NCBI GenBank assembly: GCA_002269645.1
Contig: NIVC01000511.1
Span: forward strand, 404,023-468,022
Direction of reading: 5' to 3'
Length of the DNA: 64,000 bases
Source: Macrostomum lignano
Taxonomy: Eukaryota
Shown: piece after piece, positions 1-13,050 of the stretch
How the letters are laid out: each line of letters opens with the position of its first letter
Position numbering within the stretch: the first letter of the stretch is position 1
The notes under the pieces: model-generated
Databases searched by the model: none
Told to the model about the DNA's origin: nothing
What the model saw: the letters and a program-made list of their open reading frames with translations, nothing else
Translations under genes and position numbers: made by a program

Positions 1-393
1 AAGACTATGGAGAGCGCTGGATTGCAGTGAGGTAGAGAGAGTCGAGAAGGCTGCAGCTGAGCGAAATATATAATTATAAATGCAAAAGATATACTTTGGG
101 GTGCGGCTAAGATTGCCTGCGATTCTCCATCCTCTCTCTCTTCTTGCTGGCGCAGTTGAGCAGTCTCAGATAAGAAAGAGATGAATGAGATTGAAAGGGA
201 GGCAGACCCGAACCACAGAAACTTCCCTTCCTCATTCACTTGCATTCGCTGCAGAAAAATAGGATTGAAGAAAAAAAACTGATAGCCGGGTTATTAATAA
301 GAGATGATGGCGGGCGTCGGGCTCTCACCTCAGCATCCTTATCTGCCTACATGCATGACTGCTAGTCTGACTTCGCTCTGCTTTTTGTTCCAG

Positions 394-1502
394 AAAAACT
401 CCAACTCGCAAGATATCTGAGTTTCCTATTCAGAACACTGCTAGAATACTTGGATGTGAAGTCAACTTTATACTCAATGAGTACTACTCAAATAGACAAA
501 CTCAAGTTTCTGGCACATTTTATTCGTCTGAAATGCACTTTTAAACTTTGTGTAAGTAGATAGCGAAATGAGGGTGGATACTGGGCTTTGGGCATAGCAC
601 ACACACACTGAATGAGCTGTGAGCACAGCACACACACACTCAATGAGCTGTGAGCACAGTCAACACACACACTGAATGAGCTGTGAGCATAGCACACACA
701 CACTCAATGAGCTGTGAGCACAGTCAACACACACACTGAATGAGCTGTGAGCATAGCACACACACACTGAATGAGCTGTGAGCATAGCACACACACACTG
801 AATGAGCTGTGAGCAAAGCAAACACACACTGAATGAGCTGTGAGCACAGTCAACACACACACTGAATGAGCTGTGAGCACAGTCAACACACACACACTGA
901 ATGAGCTGTGAGCACAGTCAACACACACACTGAATGAGCTGTGAGCACAGTCAACACACACACACAATCAACTGTGAGCATAGCACACACACACACACAC
1001 AATCAACTGTGAGCATAGCAGCTCAAAGAAGCTCATGGCAGCTCACAATAAATATAGGTTTCTACCACAAAAATGAAGAGCTGAAGTTCGCCATTACCAA
1101 CCATGCCAGGTATGGCGTGTATCGTTGCACAGGAGCCACAGGCAGTCAAGTTGGATAATCAATTCTCAGTAAGAAGTCTTCTAAGAATTTTAGCCACCCA
1201 GCTGCTTCCACCGCATTTAGCAGTCAAGGTGCACCGGTAGCGCCATCAATTATTAAACAGCGCCTTGCCATCTGCCTTAAGGGAGAGGTAAACATCGACC
1301 CATGCATGAGCCCGGCTCTGAGTACAGCTCAGGGTCTTAGCTACCACAATTGCAACAGGTTAAAAAAGCTGCAGCACTAGACCTGTAGAAGAAGCAGACA
1401 AGATCCGTCTTTTGCTTGACTAGCTTGAAGAAGAAGAAATTTCTCAACAAAAAAGTCAGTGAAGTATTGAGCCCGAGAATGAGTAGTCAGGCTTTGACAT
1501 GA
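394..1502 (+). CDS. Partial multi-exon gene of unknown product; exons 394-551, 1042-1109, 1170-1287, 1389-?
   Basis: AG/GT-bounded exons with consistent phases (2>0, 0>2, 2>0, 0) and one open frame: KLQLARYLSFLFRTLLEYLDVKSTLYSMSTTQIDKLKFLAHFIRLKCTFKLC|LTINIGFYHKNEELKFAITNHA|SKKSSKNFSHPAASTAFSSQGAPVAPSIIKQRLAICLKGE|KKQTRSVFCL. No domain recognised. The 1042 acceptor is weak and the end of the last exon is uncertain. Confidence 0.5.
593..1018. repeat. Minisatellite, ~29-32 bp unit (CA)n-TGAATGAGCTGTGAGCACAGTCAA
   Basis: Direct tandem copies visible; starts ~40 nt after the donor at 552. Confidence 0.95.
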
Positions 1503-1581
1503 AGTTGAAAGTCTTCACCGACTGTACTCAAATGCTTCCTACTTATTTTATTTTTCTGTCTTTGAGGATATGCTGGCTGAG

Positions 1582-2345
1582 GGTGCTGTCTTTGAGGTTG
1601 TGCTGTCTTTGAGGTTGTGCTGTCTTTGAGGTTGTACTGTCTTTATGGTTGTGCTGTCTTTATGGTTGTGCTGTCTTTGAGGTTGTGCTGTCTTTATGGT
1701 TGTGCTGTCTTTATGGTTGTGCTGTCTTTGAGGTTGTGCTGTCTTTATGGTTGTGCTGTCTTTGAGGCTTTGCTGTCTTTATGGTTCTGCTGTCTTTGAG
1801 GTTGTGCTGCCTTTGAGGTTGTGCTGTCTTTGAGGTTGTGCTGTCTTTATGGTTGTGCTGTCTTTATGGTTGTGCTGTCTTTATGGTTGTGCTGTCTTTA
1901 TGGTTGTGCTGTCTTTATGGTTGTGCTGTCTTTATGGTTGTGCTGTCTTTATGGTTGTGCTGTCTTTATGGTTGTGCTGTCTTTATGGTTGTGCTGTCTT
2001 TATGGTTGTGCTGTCTTTATGGTTGTGCTGTCTTTGAGGTTGTGCTGTCTTTATGGTTGTGCTGTCTTTGAGGTTGTGCTGTCTTTATGGTTGTGCTGTC
2101 TTTATGGTTGTGCTGTCTTTATGGTTGTGCTGTCTTTGAGGTTGTGCTGTCTTTATGGTTGTGCTGTCTTTGAGGCTTTGCTGTCTTTGAGGTTGTGCTG
2201 TCTTTGGGTTTGTGCTGTCTTTGAGGCTGTGCTGTCTTTGAGGTTGTGCTGTCTTTGAGGTTGTGCTGTCTTTGAGGCTGTGCTGTCTTTGAGGTTGTGC
2301 TGTCTCTGAGGTTTGAGGACAGTCTTTGAGGTTGTGCCGTCTCTG
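1582..2345. repeat. Minisatellite, 17-bp unit (GA/AT)GGTTGTGCTGTCTTT
   Basis: Tandem copies; explains the LCCLYGCAV-type ORFs. Confidence 0.97.
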
Positions 2346-3071
2346 ATGCTGCGCTGTCTTTGGGGACAGCGTAAGCAGCCCAGCAGCCCAGAGCCAAAAG
2401 GCAGCAGCAGCAGAAGTGCACTCAGCGCGTGGCCGTGACCGAAGTCGCATCGACTCGCATCCGAGTTGGAGGAGTAAGCTGGCGACCTATCGGTAGGGTA
2501 GGCAGCTCAGACACAGGAAGCGGCCTTAAAGCCCGACATCTCACGCAGACTCATCATCGTTTTTCCTGACCCGCGGCACACAGGAAATCGGTCTGCAGGA
2601 GGCTGCAAGCCCCGCATCACACCCTCAGTAGCGTGCGACAGCGAGGATGGGACAGGCGGAGCGGAAGGGGCAAAAGATGAAATAATCCTTTTCTGTCTCT
2701 CCCCCCAGGTCCTCGGCGCTCTCTCGCCCTCGCCCTCGCCGTCGCAGCTGCGCTGCTCGTCGACCCTCGAAATCTGGCCGCGTCAGTCCCCCCCCGGCCT
2801 CCCTTTTTTGCAATTAATTTTCCCACGAAACGGATTCAGGCCCGCCCAGCCTCGATGAGGAATAGAAGCTGCTGAGAGTCCAGAAAGTTGTTTTGTTTTT
2901 TTGCCCAAAGCTTTTTATTCATTCCGAATGCGCCAAGTTGCTCTGGTCAGCATGCGCTTGAATGGGAGTTGCAATGGCTCAGTTTCAAATAATTCTCACA
3001 CTGTTTTAAACTGCAAATATTTCTGAACCTCTGTAGAAGTTATAAATAATTATCAATCATTTTTTATTGTC

Positions 3072-3495
3072 AGGCTGCTGCGTCAAGAGCCGTATGGCTT
3101 GGGTCAGGCTTCTGGTCAAGAGCCATATGACTAGGGTCAAGCTGCTGGGTCAAGAGCCATATGACTAGGGTCAAGCTGCTGGGTCAAGAGCCATATGAAT
3201 TGACCGTATGGCTTGGGTCAAGCTGCTGGGTCAAGAGCCATATGACTAGGGTCAAGCTGCTGGGTCAGGAGCCATATGACTAGGGTCAAGCTGCTGGGTC
3301 AAGAGCCATATGACTTGGGTCAGGCTGCTGCCATAGGTCAAGAGCCATTTGACTAGGGTCAAGCTGCTGGGTCAAGGGCCATATGGCTTGGGTCAGGCTG
3401 CTGGGTCAAGAGCCATAGGGCTTGGGTCAGGCTGAGTCAAGAGCCATATGGCTTGGGTCAGGCTGCTGGGTCAAGAGCCATAGGGCTTGGGTCAA
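3072..3495. repeat. Minisatellite, 34-bp unit GGGTCAAGCTGCTGGGTCAAGAGCCATATGACTA
   Basis: About 12 tandem copies with an internal GGGTCAAG duplication. Confidence 0.95.
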
Positions 3496-3949
3496 CTGCA
3501 TCAAGTTTCCCTATCACAAAATGTCGGCCAGCCTCAAAGCCCAGTGATGGCTGCCGACTTGCCCACCTCCTTCCCACTTGCTGGCCGAATCGAATTAAGC
3601 GAGCCGAGAAATTGTCAATTAGCGGCTCCCGGGGCGGCTGTAGTGAAATAATAATAATATTATTACTAATATACATGCACAAGCGACACAGTCAGCCAAC
3701 AGGAAGCTGCACGGGATTTCACCCGAGCCTCATCTAATTAGCTATCAAGCCAAAATTGGTGCGACAAAAGTGCGCCGGCAATTGTGCAGATTTACGAGTA
3801 GTGTAGTAAGGGTTTTTTGCGACTGAAAGCATTTTTATGGTTTTGGAAAGCCGAATTAAGGTTCAAAGTGTTCCGTGCGCCCTTTGAAATAAAATAAAAA
3901 TTAATTGGTAAACTTGTGGTGATTTAATGTTTGAGTGATGATGTCAAAG

Positions 3950-4489
3950 TCGGTGAATTGAGAATCAGTGAGTTGAGAATAGGTGAATTGCGAATCGGTG
4001 AATTGCGAATCGGTGAATTGAGAATCGGTGAATTGAGAATCGGTGAGTTGAGAATCGGTGAATTGAGAATCGATGAGTTGAGAATCTGTGAATTGAGAAT
4101 CGGTGAGTTGAGAATCGGTGAATTGAGAATCGGTGAGTTGAGAATCGGTGAGTTGAGAATCGGTGAGTTGAGAATCGGTGAGTTGAGAATCGGTGAGTTG
4201 AGAATCGGTGAGTTGAGAATCGGTGAGTTGAGAATCGGTGAGTTGAGAATCAGTGAATTGCGAATCGGTGAGTTGAGAATCGGTGAGTTGAGAATCGGTG
4301 AATTGAGAATCAGTGAGTTGAGAATCGGTGAATTGAGAATCAGTGAGTTGAGAATCAGTGAGTTGAGAATCGGTGAATTGAGAATCGGTGAATTTAGAAT
4401 CGGTGAGTTGAGAATCGGTGAGTTGAGAATCGGTGAATTGAGAATCAGTGAGTTGAGAATCGGTGAATTGAGAATCAGTGAATTGAGAA
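3950..4489. repeat. Minisatellite, 15-bp unit GA(A/G)TTGAGAATCGGT
   Basis: About 36 copies; source of the ELRIG/TDSQL ORFs. Confidence 0.97.
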
Positions 4490-6000
4490 AAATGACGAGG
4501 AAGGTCATTTGACAGATGCAATGCAGCCCGTTTAGTTCATTACAGACCTAAGCAGTCAGGGCTTTGCTTGGGAAGTTGTCCCCACACACGCCAGCCGATA
4601 ATTTTCTTAGTGTGAAATCAATCCAAAGCATCGACCCTGCCAGGTAAAAAATCGAATTTCACTCAGCAACAGAGCGATGTCAGTTTTAATTGACAGGAAA
4701 ACTCTAAGCCAGTTGACACTTGCACTCACAACAGAGTGAAATATACAGCTAAATAGGTCATCATGCCCCAAGTGCCTACTAGGAGTAGAGTTCCAGACTC
4801 TACTCTACTCCTACTCCTATAAAAACTTGCATGCGGCAGGATTAAAGGGGTTCGTATTAAGGATTTAAAAAATCAGCCGTCGTATCCTGGATATTATTAG
4901 CGGACTACATGATGTCTGCTCTAAACTTTGTCCTGGATTACTGCAGGTTCCTCATTTTTAAATGAGTCTGAAACATTGATTTGAGCATCCTTCATTATCA
5001 TCATTGTCTAGACAAAAGCATAAATTGTCTCATTGCACATTGTCTCATAAATGCATTTTTTGTAGTTTTGAATGTTGATTTCGTAGTCGTAAAGCACCTA
5101 ACATAGTTATACTGAAATGTTTTTGGCACTCTACTAATAGTACTAATACATGTATAAGGAAAATGCACTAAGAAAAATAATCAATAAAAGTTCTATGCAA
5201 GTACTGTGCTACTAACTTAATAGTTTCTAGTCACTACACAGGGGAACGTTTTGTCTGTAGGAAAGATTAGGCTGACTGTAGATTATATAATGTACATTGC
5301 ATACGAACTTCAAGGACCAGCTTTAGCTTTATAGTTTTACTTATAAAAGCCATGAAACAGGCCTGTTTTCAAGAACTGTGGTTAGCTTTTTCTGGCGTAC
5401 TAAACGCGGCCACTCTGATTAAATAGTAAATTAATTATTAAATAGCTTTAGTTAGACTTAGAGCACAAGTAACTATCAACAGTAGTATATTTTGCAGTCA
5501 ATTATATAGCGGCAGGGTTAGGCTATAGCATTACACACACTCTCTGCTCGTGTATTTTTATAGATAGCACATTTCAAATTCGCAGATCTTTTGACAATAA
5601 TACTAGGAATGAGCAGCTAATGTATGGCACATGTTGTGGAGAGAAAACAGCCACGGAAAAACTTATTAATAAAAATATCAATAAACAAAAGTGACTGGCA
5701 GTTTCTGCTTGATAAAAAATCTGGTTACTAAGAAATAAAAATGAAATATTGCAATACAACCGATTGAATTTTAACCTTATTACTATTGCAGAAATTCGAC
5801 AATCAAAACTAAAACAAATACTGACTGGCTACTGACCAGATAAGTAGTATAAAAAGGACACGGAAGAAAAACATGAAGTAAGCAGGAATATATTTTCAAA
5901 GGCAGCACGCCACTCTACAAGGATAAACAATATTTTTAAAATATTTAAAATCAACAATCAGAGATGCGACACCTGATTGTACGCGCAAAATCGACAAGGC

Positions 6001-6200
6001 AAATTTTCCGATCTAGATGATTAATTTCGCAACATATCGCCGATAACAAATATAAACTAAATTATAGGTCAAATTCAAATTTTCCAATCTAGATTATTAA
6101 CTTCGCAACATATCGGCAATAACAAATATAAACTAAATTAATGATCAAATTCAAATTTTCCAATCTAGATTATTTAATTCGCAACATATCGGCAATAACA
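6001..6200. repeat. 76-bp tandem duplication (~2.6 copies) in the EHD 3' flank
   Basis: AAATTTTCC(G/A)ATCTAGAT... recurs at 6001, 6077 and 6153. Confidence 0.9.
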
Positions 6201-6326
6201 AAAACCAACTACTAAACTAATAACCAAATTCTGTAAAATTCGGCGTCACTGATTTTCGATAAATAAAAAACTAAAACAGATTAAAATACAAATTGAGAAG
6301 TTATTTTTTCGACACATATTGGTCGA

Positions 6327-9300
6327 TCAGTGCCGGCTGCCTGGGGGCACCAGGTGTTCAGGCAGGGTGCCGGGCAGCTCGTGGCCGTCCAGCCGCAGCT
6401 GGATGAGATACTTGGCCAGCGCGAACTCCTCAATGTTCAGCATGCCGTCCTGGTCATAATCGGCCAGCTTCCAGATCTTGCCCAGCTGCTGGAACGGCAG
6501 CTTGGACCTGGTCATCTCGTCCTTGGCCTGCGCTCCGGTCAGCCGGCCGTCCACCGGGCCGAGGCTGTAAAACTGGGCATCGAACTCGGCGCGGAATTTA
6601 TTAACAACCCATTCGTGCTCGAACTTGCCGTCCGACAGGCCGGGGTTGTCGCTGAAGGCGAAAGGGTTGTCGGCCGTGGCCTGGACGAAGGCGCCGCCGG
6701 CAATGACGCCCCAGTCCTTGCTCTGATTGGTCGACTCCTGAATTTTGATCATTTATAAAATATACATTTGGTTGTGATGATACTACTGACCAAACTACTG
6801 GCGATAACATTTAACAACTATTTAAAAAAAATAATTTAAAAACAAAAAAATTTTTGTGGGTCATTTAAAGACAAAATTTGAAGCAAATCACAAATCTGCG
6901 AAGATATAACATACGTTTCGTATAACATCGTATTTCAATTGGCACAGACACGGAAATCTATTGCGCAGAAAAAGAGCAACTATGGTTACCCCCTGAAACA
7001 AGCGCATTATGGTACAATTAAGTGTGCACCGAAGTAAGCGCAGCATTTTCAGTGGAACCGTTCGTCAAATTAAAAAAAACATGTATTACCTACATGATGT
7101 ACAAGAAAGCTTTTACAAACAGCCTATTGATGATAGTAGATATTCAAATTGCACAGTATGTATGATATGAAAAGTGTAGCACTTTGCCCAGCAACAGTTT
7201 GCAGTGCGCACTGAGATAAAGGTCCATGATAGCAGCATAGCATACCTTACTTTAACTGCTGGACCCACACAGCTCAGAATAAAACCTTGAAATTCTGCCC
7301 TTATTTTTGCTTTGAATTTGTCATTTGAGATGGCGCTGTTTAGCCGCATAGGATAGGAATGCAAATTCACAGTATTCAAATTAGATTGAAGAAATTCTAT
7401 ATTGCCAGCTTTCACACCCTCCCACCAATCCTCCGTCAGGCTTACCTGCCGTCTGAAAACTTAGGATACTGCTCTCCCATACTCCATCTTTCAATGCCTG
7501 AAGCTCTCATCGCCCCCTCTTCAGCACCTGAAGCCCTCATCCGCCTCTATTTAGCACCTGAAGTCCTCATCCGCCCCCTCTTCAGCACCTGAAGCAGTCA
7601 TCAGCCCCTCTTCAGCACCTGAAGCTCTTATCCGCCCCCTCTTCAGCACCTGAAGCTATTATTCGCCCCTCTTCAGCTCCTGAAGCCCTCATCCGCCCCC
7701 TCTTCAGCACCTGAAGAAGGCTTCATCCGCCCCCTCTTCAGCACCTGAAGCCCTCATCCGCCCCCTCTTCAGCACCTGAAGCCCTCATCCGCCCCCTCTC
7801 ACCTGCGGAATCATCTGCATCAGCTTGGCAATATCCTCGCTCAGCATGCCGTCAACCGTAGCGACCAGCCGCTCTCTGAGCGGTTGGAATTTAGTAAAGT
7901 CGGCCTCCTCCAAGGCCTGCTGCATCCGCTGCAGATTGGGCAAATCTCCCTGGCTGATATTGTGCTCCCTAGCAACCGTGGCGTACACCTGTGGTAAATC
8001 TTTAATCAGCTGCTTCTTCTTGCTGTCCTTGCCAAACATGGACGGCATCTGCTTTTGCAGGGCGGCAATGATGTAGGCGTGGGTCTTGGCCAGCCGGGCC
8101 CGCTTGATCAGGTCGTTCAGCTTGCGCAGCGTGGCGTTTCGGGGCAGCGACTGCAGGTCGCGGAACAGGTCTTGCGATTCCAGCTCGAACAGGCGCTTGT
8201 TGGTGTCGAACTTGAGTGGCTCGTTCCAAAAACTGCCGATGTACACTCGGGCCACCTCCGGGGTGTACAGCACCTTGCCTGCGGTGGTTGGGGAATTTTT
8301 GAAAAAAGTGCAAAACAGCTGGGCATTTTGGGACATATTTCCGGGCTATGTGAAAAATTGAATTAATTACAAACCGAAACTTGAAAATCATGAAATTTTA
8401 CTATCCCGAAACTTCACAATTCCGAAACTTAAAAATCCCGAAGCTTTACACACAGTCCCGAAAATTCACAATCCTGAAGCTTCACAACCACGAGAATTCA
8501 CAATCCCGAAACTTCACATCCTGAAGCTTCACAATCCCGAAGATTCACAACCCCAAACTTCACAATCTGAAAATTCACAATCACAAAAATTCACAATCCC
8601 AAACTTCACAATCACAAAGATTTACAGTCCCTAAGATTCACGATCACAAAACTTAGCCTCAAACTTCACAATCTCTAATTTCACAATCCCGAAGATTCAC
8701 AATCACGAAAATTCACAATCCTCAAGCGTCACAATCTTGAAACTTCACAATCCTGAGACTTCACAATTACGAAAAATCACAATCCTGAAACTTCACAATC
8801 ACGAAAACTCACAATCCTGAAACTTCACAATCACGAAAACTCACAATCCTGAAACTTCACAATCACAAAAAATCAGAATCCCGAGTAGAAAGCCTGAGTT
8901 CCGGCCCGGGAACCGTTTCCTGTAAATATTTTATCAGGCTGCACAGCCTTGACTGCATATATAGTATGCAGCTATGGATAGTAAGTATATATATAAATAT
9001 ATATAAGCAAATATGTATAAGTACTATATATAAGTCTATTTTTGTCATTTACGCTCGTATCAATCGCGCACTGTCCATTTCCACGGCTGTCGCAAATTTA
9101 GTCTACTCGAATGCAATTGAATATTTAAGTGCAGATTAAATGTCCATACCGGTACCGGAACTCCAGCCTTTGCCGAACTTCTCAACCCGGAGACTCCACA
9201 GCCCCGAAACTCCACAACCCTGAGACTCCACAACCATGAGACTCCACAATCCTGAGACTCCACAACCCGGAGACTCCACAACCATGAGACTCCACAATCC

Positions 9301-11260
9301 TGAGACTTCCCAACCCGGAGACTCCACAACCCTGAGACTCCACAATCCTGAGACTCCACAACCCGGAGACTCCACAACCATGAGACTCCACAACCCCGAG
9401 ACTCCAAAACCCTGAGACTCCAGAACCAGGAGATTTCACAACCCCGAGACTCCACAACCATGAGACTCCACAACCCGAAATTCCACAACCCTTAAAACTT
9501 GATAAATGGCTGCGGACTCACCCAGACTCCACATGAGCGCCCCGTACACCCGCATGAGCTGCTGCGAGTCCACCATATCGGACTTGTTGAGCACTATACG
9601 AATTTTGTCTTCATAGCCTTTCATGCTCTCGATGACCGCCTTGAATTCGTCAGAGATGTCCAGCTTGTGCGCGTCGAACAGCAGGACGATCCGGTCCACT
9701 CTGGCCGAGAACCATTCGATCACTTCGTTCATGGAGTAGCCGCGGTCCACGCGCTGCTTCTCGCCTGGGGAAGGCGGGAGAAGGCTGGGATGTGGCGATG
9801 ATGATGCTCAGGGGTGAAACGGAACGGGTCAGGTTAAATGAGAATTGGCTGGGTAGGAAAACAGCGGGAAAGGAGGGTAGACGGAGGGTAAAGCGGTAGA
9901 TGGAGGGTAAAGCAATAGATGGAGGGTAAAGCGGGAGACAGAGGGTAAAGCGGGAGACGGAGGGTAAAGCGGTAGATGGAGGGTAAAGCAATAGATGGAG
10001 GGTAAAGCAATAAGATGGAGGGTAAAGCGGGAGACGGAGGGTAAAGCGGTAGATGGAGGGTAAAGCGGGAGACGGAGAGACGCAAACGGGTGAAAAGCAG
10101 CAGGAGACAGATGAGCACTGCACTCAAAGTTAGCCAGATGTTCAGTGGAAGCAAGATGTTTTGGAAAAGATGTCCCTAAAGACGCGATCAAAGTTGACGC
10201 ACGAAGACTCACCAGACAGGATGCCGGGCGTGTCAACGATAGTGATGGACTTGAGCACTTCGTTGCGCACAGTTGAGCACTGGAACCGGTTCAGAAAGGC
10301 GTTACCAAACCGGCTCAGCGGACGGAAGGGATGCTGCGGGTCCACCACCAACGCGTTGCCTTGGAAACAGAAATTTGCAGATAAAATAAATCGGTTGCTT
10401 TGTTATCGATTGGAAAGTACTATCTCCTCTATCTGTCTGACTCACCCGGCACAACACCTTCAGTTTCGTCGTGCATGACAGCAATGAATTTGTCGGTAGT
10501 TGGCTCAGGGCCAATGTGAATGCCGGGAAAGTCGCTCTCCAGCAGGTAGCGAATGAATGTAGTCTTGCCAGTGGAGTACTGGCCCACTAGCAGGATTATG
10601 GGCTTGCTGGGTGGATGAAAAAGTTCCAAGTGATGGGTGATTTTTTGGGCTATGGCCTTGTCGCAAATATATTTCTTATCTTCTAGTGACCTTGAACGAC
10701 TGCCCTAGAAACCTATCTAGTGATCCTGGAACCCTACCTAGTGATCCTGGCACTCTTCTAAGATCCTGGAACCCCTATAACATTGGAACTGCTAGAGTGT
10801 CCCTAAAATTCATCTACCTATATACCAATTTGACACCAAAATTTGGTCAATAATCTTAAAGCCCATAGCTACTTGTTCATAGCATTTTGTAAAATTTGTA
10901 TATCTATCTAAAACACAAGCAACCAGATAAATAACTAAATAGGCAAGTATTTTTTGAGCCAAACTATTACAAAGGTGATATTTGCAATCAAAATAATTGA
11001 TTGTGTCCCAGTTACAACTACTCATAAATCAATTAGAATTAAAAGTGCTTTGATCAATAAAAGTACTATGGTAGTTTTTTAATGAAAATAACTTACCTAT
11101 GAAAATCAGCATCTTCCAGAGCTGGCGAGTGAAAGTCATGAAATTTGTAAACCTCTTCCAATGGCAATAGCTTTGTCTTATAAATCCTTTTCAGACCATT
11201 GGCTACAGTAGTAAATGTATCTGCTTCCTTAGAATCATTTTTATGCAAAAATGAAAACAT
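6327..11260 (-). CDS. EHD1: EH-domain dynamin-like ATPase (EHD1/Past1/RME-1), 533 aa; exons 11097-11260, 10446-10606, 10213-10359, 9522-9764, 7803-8278, 6327-6737
   Basis: All junctions are GT-AG and in phase (1602 nt). MFSFL N-terminus, FHDFHSPALEDADF, P-loop GQYSTGKT, IGPEPTTD, DTPGILSGEKQRVDRGY, FDAHKLDISDEF, VLNKSD, C-terminal EH domain (LGKIWKLADYDQDGML). Confidence 0.97.
7495..7800. repeat. Minisatellite, 31-bp unit GCACCTGAAGCCCTCATCCGCCCCCTCTTCA, EHD intron 5
   Basis: Runs right up to the donor GT at 7802-7801. Confidence 0.95.
8370..8875. repeat. Degenerate ~16-bp minisatellite TTCACAATCC(C/T)GAAAC, EHD intron 4
   Basis: Repeated TTCACAATC core. Confidence 0.9.
9188..9492. repeat. 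16-bp minisatellite CTCCACAACCCTGAGA, EHD intron 4
   Basis: Tandem copies ending ~30 nt from the donor at 9521. Confidence 0.93.
9875..10078. repeat. 19-bp minisatellite GGAGGGTAAAGCGGTAGAT, EHD intron 3
   Basis: About 10 tandem copies. Confidence 0.92.
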
Positions 11261-12739
11261 TGCAGAGTTGGTCTAGTTGCTGTGGGATATACAAATGGAG
11301 TCAATAAATCTTAAAATGAAAATAAAAAATTTCCTAAAAACTATAAAAAAGGAAATATTTAATATGATATTAATTTTAGATGTCTGTTTTTAAATGAATG
11401 TTTTAGTTATAAAAATTAAAAAGTGTTCTTTATAAAAAGACAACTAAAAAAAGCAGGGACAATTATTTTTCACTGTTTAAATAGTTAAAACAATTAACTA
11501 ATTATTAATAGTCTCATTAATTTATCCTAAAGAATTTTACTATAAATTTTTCTATCCTTGTCAATTATAATTGGATATAGAGTACATTTATAAGTATTAT
11601 ATAAATCTATATTTTTTCCTAGGGTAAGTATCACCGCATCTGAGATTTTTCAACACCCTTTTCATTGCTAATATTAATAATATTCTTGTAACCATTCTAA
11701 TTACAGTTTTAGGCTCTAAAAATAGAAATTCAAAGAAAATTATTATCTTATACAGTATATAGCTAGTTTCTTAGTATTTTTTAAACTAATCAGCAGACAT
11801 TAATATGTTCAAGAAAGAACTATAAAGCAGTACGAGTTAGCTGTGACTTTTAAGAATGTTTTAAATATTTATTTTTTGTCTTTTTGCTGTAGAGAACAAT
11901 TCAGAACAAGAACAAAAGACAACATCAGTAATACCATTTTCGGCTGGATACGGAGATAAAAAATGAATGAAAATGGCATTAGTCTCAATCAAGAAACGAA
12001 AATGATGATGCCAGTTGCCAGGATTGAACTGCTTTCATAGAAATGCTAACTTTTCAATTAGTTTTCGAGTTTGTTGAGCAGACAAACAAATTGAAAAAAA
12101 TTACCTAGATAACTGTGTCGTAAGGAATAAGAATAGATACCATTCGGATAGCCTGACATTATTTGGCGAAGTAGATATGATTTTTATTATTATAGTTGTA
12201 CTTAAATAGTTGATAAAGAGTCCGTTAATTGCGTTAGTTATTAGTTCTGAAGTGAATTTTAGACGTGTATTTAATCTAATCTAGGATACAAACATTAAAG
12301 TTAATCCGTAAATGTTTTTATTGAGATAAATGCAGTAAATTCAATTCCGCAAATACTCATCAACGTGACGGAAATGATAATGCTAGCTGTGACGGGACCT
12401 TTTGTCCGAGTTCGGTACTGACGGCTACAGCTAAATAAATGTGCCGAATATATTTAGCAAGTACCGATAAGATGCTACCGCCCCGACGAAATAGTTACAG
12501 ATACAAGATTTGAAGAAAGGAGCAGCGAGATTGAAGCGCAACACGTACAGCGTGGTAGGTCAGGCCTACGTACGTACATGTACACCCGAATGAAACCGTT
12601 TTCTGCGTAGTGTACAGTGTAAATGCGTCATTCTTTTCCTGTATGAAAAGTAATGTTCCACTTAATCTAAACGCAGGCCGGCCCCGCCTTTTTTATTTTA
12701 CTTTTTATTTATTTAAATGAGGTTATAGTTACCACCCGG

Positions 12740-13050
12740 TGTTAGCTAGCTAACCTTTTCCACCGGGGGTGTAACTCAATCCTCTCCCACCCGCTGTCTC
12801 ATGAGAGTCTATAAAAGAGTCTGTGCTCGTCAAGCCCTTGCCAGACTCGTGTGGAATTCGCCCATGGCCAGAGTATAGAGTGGAATACTCATAACCCAGA
12901 CTGGTGGGAATGCCAACTCTCAGCACCCCGATCTTAAATTCCAATACCGGTGGTTCCCAACTGTAAGCCCGAATTATTCAAATCCCGACCAGCTCCCTTG
13001 CCGACTATAGCCAGTGTGCTTGATTATTTTAGCTCTACGTGAAATTAACA
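12740..13050. mobile_element. Possible solo LTR
   Basis: Begins TGTTAG and ends TTAACA, flanked by CCCGG/CCCAG (4/5 match, possible TSD), with an internal TATAAAAG at ~12808. No clear polyA signal. Confidence 0.35.

Noticed and set aside
3901-4521. Antifreeze-like or periodic TDSQL / ELRIG proteins
   Set aside because: 15-bp array is open in several frames, with no splice or start support.
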